From an uncultured Gemmatimonadaceae bacterium (GTDB taxonomy: Bacteria > Gemmatimonadota > Gemmatimonadetes > Gemmatimonadales > GWC2-71-9), in contig CAYGCN010000004.1 in assembly GCA_964348385.1 (NCBI GenBank), positions 1 through 55,910 of the forward strand: 55,910 nucleotides of DNA, given 5' to 3'. Shown piece after piece: positions 52,108 to 55,910 of this stretch. The notes beneath the pieces were generated by a model. The model did not search any database. It saw only the letters and a program-made list of their open reading frames with translations, and had not been told where the DNA came from. The translations under genes were made by a program, and so were the position numbers. The number at the start of each line of letters is the position of its first letter. Positions within the stretch are counted from its first letter, which is position 1.

Positions 52108-53409
52108 ATGACCGACAAGAGCCTCGTACCGATCCTGGCCCTCGCTTTCACGAGTGTTCTGGGCTGCGCCCGCGGCGAGCCCGAAATCTCAACGGAACGG
52201 GTGGAACGGATCGTGGCCACGCTCAGTGCCGACGAGATGGAGGGCCGCCGCGCCTTCACCCCCGCGGCCGACCGGGCTGCCGAGTTTATCCGCGCGGAAT
52301 TCGCGGCCATCGGCCTGGAACGGTTTGGCGACGCGACCGGCTATCTCCAGCGGTTCCCCGTCTATGCCGTGACCGTCGAGCGGGCTGCCGTGGTCCTAAA
52401 CGGTCGGGCGGTGCCGAGTGAGCGGGTCGCCGTAGCCGTCTCCAGCGCCACGCTACGTTGGTCCACGGCCGACGAGCCGGACGTCATGGTGGTCGGACCC
52501 GACGACGACCCGATGCAGGCATTCGCCACGATGCGTACACCGGGGGCCAAGACGTTGGTGCTGATGCACCCGTCGCACGCCCGCCTGTTCGATCGGGTGC
52601 GCGCCTTCACGGCGGGGCCGTCACGCACACTCGACCCATCCACTGGCGCCAACACGGTCATCGTCCTGAGCGACGACACGCGCGCGATAGAGCTTAGGGT
52701 CGACGTGTCGGCCTCGGTGCGCGAGCAGTATCTCGCCAACGTCGTCGGCGTCATCCCGGGCTCCAGGCGCGACGAGATCGTCCTCTTCTCGGCGCACTAC
52801 GATCATATCGGGATCCGGCCGGCGGTAGACGGTGATTCCATCGCCAACGGTGCCAACGACAACGCGTCCGGCACGACGGCCGTGATCGAGCTGGCCAGGT
52901 ACTTCAAGGCCCTCGGCAGGCCGGTTCGGACCCTGATGTTCGTCGCGTTTGCCGCCGAGGAGATGGGCGGGTACGGCTCGCGCCATCTCGCCGCACAGCT
53001 CGACCCCGCGCAGGTGGTCGCGATGGTCAACGTCGAAATGATCGGCAAGCCTGCCTCGGCCGGAGCCGACGTCGCCTGGATCACGGGCTTCGAGCGGTCC
53101 GATCTCGGGACGATCGTGCAAGCCGCAGCGGCGGAGCATGAGTTCACCTTCACCCCCGACCCCTACCCGGACGAGAATCTCTTCTTTCGGTCCGACAACG
53201 CGACGTTCGCACGGCTCGGCGTGCCCGCGCACTCCTTCAGCACGACGCCGATCGACGTGGATGAGGATTACCATCGCGTCTCCGACGAAGTGGCCACCCT
53301 CGACCTCGCCCACATGACCGGCACGATCAGGGCCATCGCCCGTGCCACGCGGCCGATCGTAGATGGGAGGTCCACGCCGACCCGGATCGATCCACGGGAC
53401 CTCGAGTGA
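52108..53409 (+). CDS. M28-family metallopeptidase (aminopeptidase), lipoprotein
   Basis: 433-aa ORF. Signal LALAFTSVLGC. M28 motifs FSAHYDHIG, NGANDNASGTTAVIELARYF, FVAFAAEEMGGYGSRH. Confidence 0.9.
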   Translation: MTDKSLVPILALAFTSVLGCARGEPEISTERVERIVATLSADEMEGRRAFTPAADRAAEFIRAEFAAIGLERFGDATGYLQRFPVYAVTVERAAVVLNGRAVPSERVAVAVSSATLRWSTADEPDVMVVGPDDDPMQAFATMRTPGAKTLVLMHPSHARLFDRVRAFTAGPSRTLDPSTGANTVIVLSDDTRAIELRVDVSASVREQYLANVVGVIPGSRRDEIVLFSAHYDHIGIRPAVDGDSIANGANDNASGTTAVIELARYFKALGRPVRTLMFVAFAAEEMGGYGSRHLAAQLDPAQVVAMVNVEMIGKPASAGADVAWITGFERSDLGTIVQAAAAEHEFTFTPDPYPDENLFFRSDNATFARLGVPAHSFSTTPIDVDEDYHRVSDEVATLDLAHMTGTIRAIARATRPIVDGRSTPTRIDPRDLE

Positions 53410-54527
53410 GCCCACGCCCATCGTCCCTTGCGGCCCATCGAGGCAGCGTGGTCGCGCGGACCACCGCGCCCGCAGGGCTCATCTATGTCTCGGACGCGGA
53501 GCCCGGCATCGAGCGCAAGCGGGCCGGGCACGGTTTCAGCTACATCGGCCCGGATGGCACGCCGATTCGCGATCGTGCCGAACGGCGGCGGATCCGGTCA
53601 CTTGCCATCCCACCCGCATGGACCGACGTATGGATCTGTCCCTCCCCGCACGGCCACCTCCAGGCCACCGGGCGGGACGCGAAAGGCCGCAAGCAGTACC
53701 GCTACCATCCGCGGTACCGCGAGGTTCGGGACGAGACGAAATTCGACCGGATGCTCGCCTTCAGTCGCGTGCTGCCCGCGATCCGCGAGCGGGTGGAACG
53801 GGATCTGTCTCGCGACGGCCTGCCACGGGAGAAAGTGCTTGCCACGGTGGTCCGACTACTGGAGAAGACCCTCATCCGCATCGGCAGTGACGTGTACGCT
53901 CGCGAGAACCGATCGTACGGGCTCACCACCATGCGTCGCCGGCACGTAGAGGTCTCCGGCTCCAAGCTGCGGTTCGAGTTTCGGGGGAAGAGCGGCGTGA
54001 TGCGATCGGTGGCGATCACCGATCGACGAATCGCGAGCATCGTGCAGCACTGCCAGACGCTCCCCGGGCAGGAGCTGTTCCAATATCTGGACGACCGAGG
54101 CCGGCGCCAGAAGGTCGATTCGGGCGACATCAACGCGTACCTGCGGCAGGTCTCCGGGCAGGAGTACACGGCCAAGGATTTCCGCACCTGGGCGGGCACG
54201 ATCGCCGCGGCCACGAAGCTGCGCGAGCTGGGGCCCGCCTCAACCCAGCGCGAGACACAGGCCAACATCGTGAAGGCCATCGATTTCGTCGCCGAGCGGT
54301 TGGGCAACACCCGGGCGGTATGTCGCAAGTACTATGTGCACCCGCGGGTGATCGAGTCGTATCGCCGGGGGATCGTCGCACCGAAGCCCCCGCGCCCCCG
54401 GTCGCAGAAGCGAGGCAGGCGGCGCGGCGCCCTGCGACGGAACGAAGTCGCGGTCCTCAAGCTGCTGCACCTGGACGCCAACCGGCGGTCGAACGGCACC
54501 CCGACGACACAGGCCCCGACCGGTTGA
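53406..54527 (+). CDS. Type IB DNA topoisomerase (bacterial/poxvirus-like)
   Basis: 373-aa ORF. The GTG start overlaps the M28 stop (GTGA). N-domain signature IRSLAIPPAWTDVWICPSPHGHLQATGRDAKGRKQYRYHP. Catalytic-region motifs SYGLTTMRRRH, KDFRTWAGT, CRKYYVHP. Confidence 0.9.
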   Translation: MSPRPSSLAAHRGSVVARTTAPAGLIYVSDAEPGIERKRAGHGFSYIGPDGTPIRDRAERRRIRSLAIPPAWTDVWICPSPHGHLQATGRDAKGRKQYRYHPRYREVRDETKFDRMLAFSRVLPAIRERVERDLSRDGLPREKVLATVVRLLEKTLIRIGSDVYARENRSYGLTTMRRRHVEVSGSKLRFEFRGKSGVMRSVAITDRRIASIVQHCQTLPGQELFQYLDDRGRRQKVDSGDINAYLRQVSGQEYTAKDFRTWAGTIAAATKLRELGPASTQRETQANIVKAIDFVAERLGNTRAVCRKYYVHPRVIESYRRGIVAPKPPRPRSQKRGRRRGALRRNEVAVLKLLHLDANRRSNGTPTTQAPTG

Positions 54528-54575
54528 CTCCCCCGATCGAGGCCATTCGCGCTCCTCGCTGAAGAGCGCCGGCGC

Positions 54576-55790
54576 CTACCGAACTCGCCCCCGCCCTCGC
54601 CGGGGTCGCACAGAGCGGCCCTGCGGCTTGGCACCCTCCGCGCGCTCCCGTGGTTGAATGGGAGCCACGACCGGCTCGAATCCCGGCATCACCTCCCGCG
54701 GAAACGTGCGGCCCATCAGCTTCTCCACATCCCGCATCAGCAACCACTCGTCGGGCGACATCAGCGTGAGCGCCAGCCCCTGGGCTCCGGCTCGCGCCGT
54801 GCGTCCGACCCGGTGGACATACACCTCAGGGTCGCGCGGCACATCGTAGTTCACCACCATCACGATGTCGTCCACGTCGATGCCGCGGGCCGCGACGTCG
54901 GTCGCGATCAGTACCCGGGCGCCACCGTTCTTGAAGCGGCCCAACGCCTTGGCACGCGACGCCTGCGTCTTGCCGCCGTGGAGCGCCACGACGTCGGCAC
55001 CCTGGTGCCTCAGGTGATGCGCCAGCTTGTCGGCACCGAACTTGGTGCGGGTGAAGACCAGCGTACGCCCTTCCGGGAACTCGGTGAGCACCTTGGCGAG
55101 CACGCCGCGCTTGTGCGGCTTGTCCACCGCCACCAGCACGTGCTCCACCCCCTCAGCCGCCTCCGCACGGCGGCCGATCTCAACCGCGGCGTGATCGCGC
55201 ATGGCGCGCCGCGCCAACCGGTCAACGTCGCTGGAGATGGTCGCCGAGAAGAGCATGGTTTGCCGCTCGGACGGCAGGGCGTCGAGAATGCGGTGCACAT
55301 CGGGGGCGAACCCCATGTCCAGCATGCGGTCCGCTTCATCCAACACCAACACCTCGAGCTTCGTGGCGTTCACATGCCCGCGTCCCATGTGGTCGAGGAG
55401 CCGGCCCGGGGTGGCGATCACGATATCGACACCGCGCGTGAGCGCACGGGTTTGCGGCTCCATGCTGACGCCGCCATACACCGCCGCCGCGGTGACGTCG
55501 GTATAGCGGCCGTAGGCGCGGGCACTGTGGAGTACCTGTTCCGCCAGTTCGCGGGTGGGGACCAGGACCAGGGCGCGCAAGGTGGCGCGGTGTCGGCGCT
55601 TGAGGCGCTGCAGGATCGGCAGCAGGAACGCGGCCGTCTTCCCGGTCCCGGTCTGGGCCGATCCCACCACGTCGCGGCCGTCCAAGCCCAGCGGGATCGC
55701 CTCCCGCTGGACCGGTGTGGGCTCGGTATAGCCTTCTTCCTCGACGGCCCGCAGCAACTCGGGTGCGAGGCCCAATGCATCGAATGACAT
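54576..55790 (-). CDS. DEAD-box ATP-dependent RNA helicase (RhlE-like)
   Basis: 404-aa ORF. Q motif (GYTEPTPVQ), AQTGTGKT, PTRELA, DEAD, SAT, HRVGRTARAG. Basic C-terminal tail. Confidence 0.95.
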   Translation of the reverse strand: MSFDALGLAPELLRAVEEEGYTEPTPVQREAIPLGLDGRDVVGSAQTGTGKTAAFLLPILQRLKRRHRATLRALVLVPTRELAEQVLHSARAYGRYTDVTAAAVYGGVSMEPQTRALTRGVDIVIATPGRLLDHMGRGHVNATKLEVLVLDEADRMLDMGFAPDVHRILDALPSERQTMLFSATISSDVDRLARRAMRDHAAVEIGRRAEAAEGVEHVLVAVDKPHKRGVLAKVLTEFPEGRTLVFTRTKFGADKLAHHLRHQGADVVALHGGKTQASRAKALGRFKNGGARVLIATDVAARGIDVDDIVMVVNYDVPRDPEVYVHRVGRTARAGAQGLALTLMSPDEWLLMRDVEKLMGRTFPREVMPGFEPVVAPIQPRERAEGAKPQGRSVRPRRGRGRVR

Positions 55791-55800
55791 CGTTCGGAGA

Positions 55801-55888
55801 CACTCCTCACGTACATGTGTGCATACGCGCTCGGCCAGGTTCGTGTGGCCGGAACGCAGTGCGTCTGTTTGTCTGAACCTGAGGAGTG
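55801..55888 (-). promoter_or_regulatory. Candidate SD-sequestering stem in the helicase 5' leader
   Basis: mRNA sense: ...UUUCACUCCUCAGGUUC...GAACCUGG...GUGAGGAGUGUCUCCGAACGAUG. CACUCCUCA (from 55880-55888) is the perfect complement of UGAGGAGUG (from 55801-55809), which contains the only GAGGAG upstream of ATG 55790. Confidence 0.35.
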
Positions 55889-55910
55889 AAACGACGTGTC
55901 TACGGCGCGC

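Overview
GC-rich bacterial chromosomal window (roughly two-thirds G+C by eye, not computed). I call about 48 protein-coding genes. I found no rRNA, tRNA, CRISPR array, transposase or integrase. The gene content is what I would expect from a Gemmatimonadota- or Acidobacteriota-like genome, but this is inference only: many secreted PD40/TolB-like propellers, a SusC/SusD pair with CarboxypepD_reg domains, and a Ser/Thr kinase with a TolB_N-like plus TPR tail.

**Layout**
- 1-18678 is entirely minus-strand. It is an iterated array of three two-component systems, each followed by secreted beta-propeller gene(s): HK3-NtrC-type RR-[three propellers], HK2-OmpR RR-TPR/propeller, HK1-OmpR RR-TPR/propeller (partial). 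A metallophosphoesterase gene lies upstream of the array.
- 18727-22802 (+) is ppc translationally coupled to a DASS anion permease.
- 22849-32096 (-) holds SusC/SusD, then a plug-only protein, a small putative barrel, a lipoprotein, and several hypothetical membrane proteins.
- The remainder holds a YtrA-like GntR + SPFH pair, a lipoprotein built from about 89-aa tandem repeats, FKBP, and several secreted hypotheticals. It also holds a GIY-YIG-like mini protein, the Ser/Thr kinase, ProX/YbaK, M24 and M28 peptidases, and a MOP/MATE-like transporter. Last come a PP2C + single-domain receiver pair, topoisomerase IB and a DEAD-box helicase.

**Most interesting signals**
1. The repeated HK-RR-propeller architecture.
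2. An exact sigma-54 promoter (TGGCAC-N5-TTGC) in front of a three-propeller operon, directly downstream of a GAFTGA activator.
3. A propeller mini-paralogue that looks like an internal-deletion derivative.
4. HK1 has Pro in place of the phospho-acceptor His.
5. A family of intergenic palindromic elements built from 9-nt GGGAxCGAC units, placed right after stop codons. Two copies carry an about 94% identical 84-nt head upstream of kinase operons and bracket the 8.6-kb sigma-54 cassette.
6. A plug-only protein translationally coupled to a small barrel-like protein downstream of SusCD.
7. Candidate structured leaders for susC and for the DEAD-box helicase.

All family assignments come from motif recognition by eye. 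No database search was possible.
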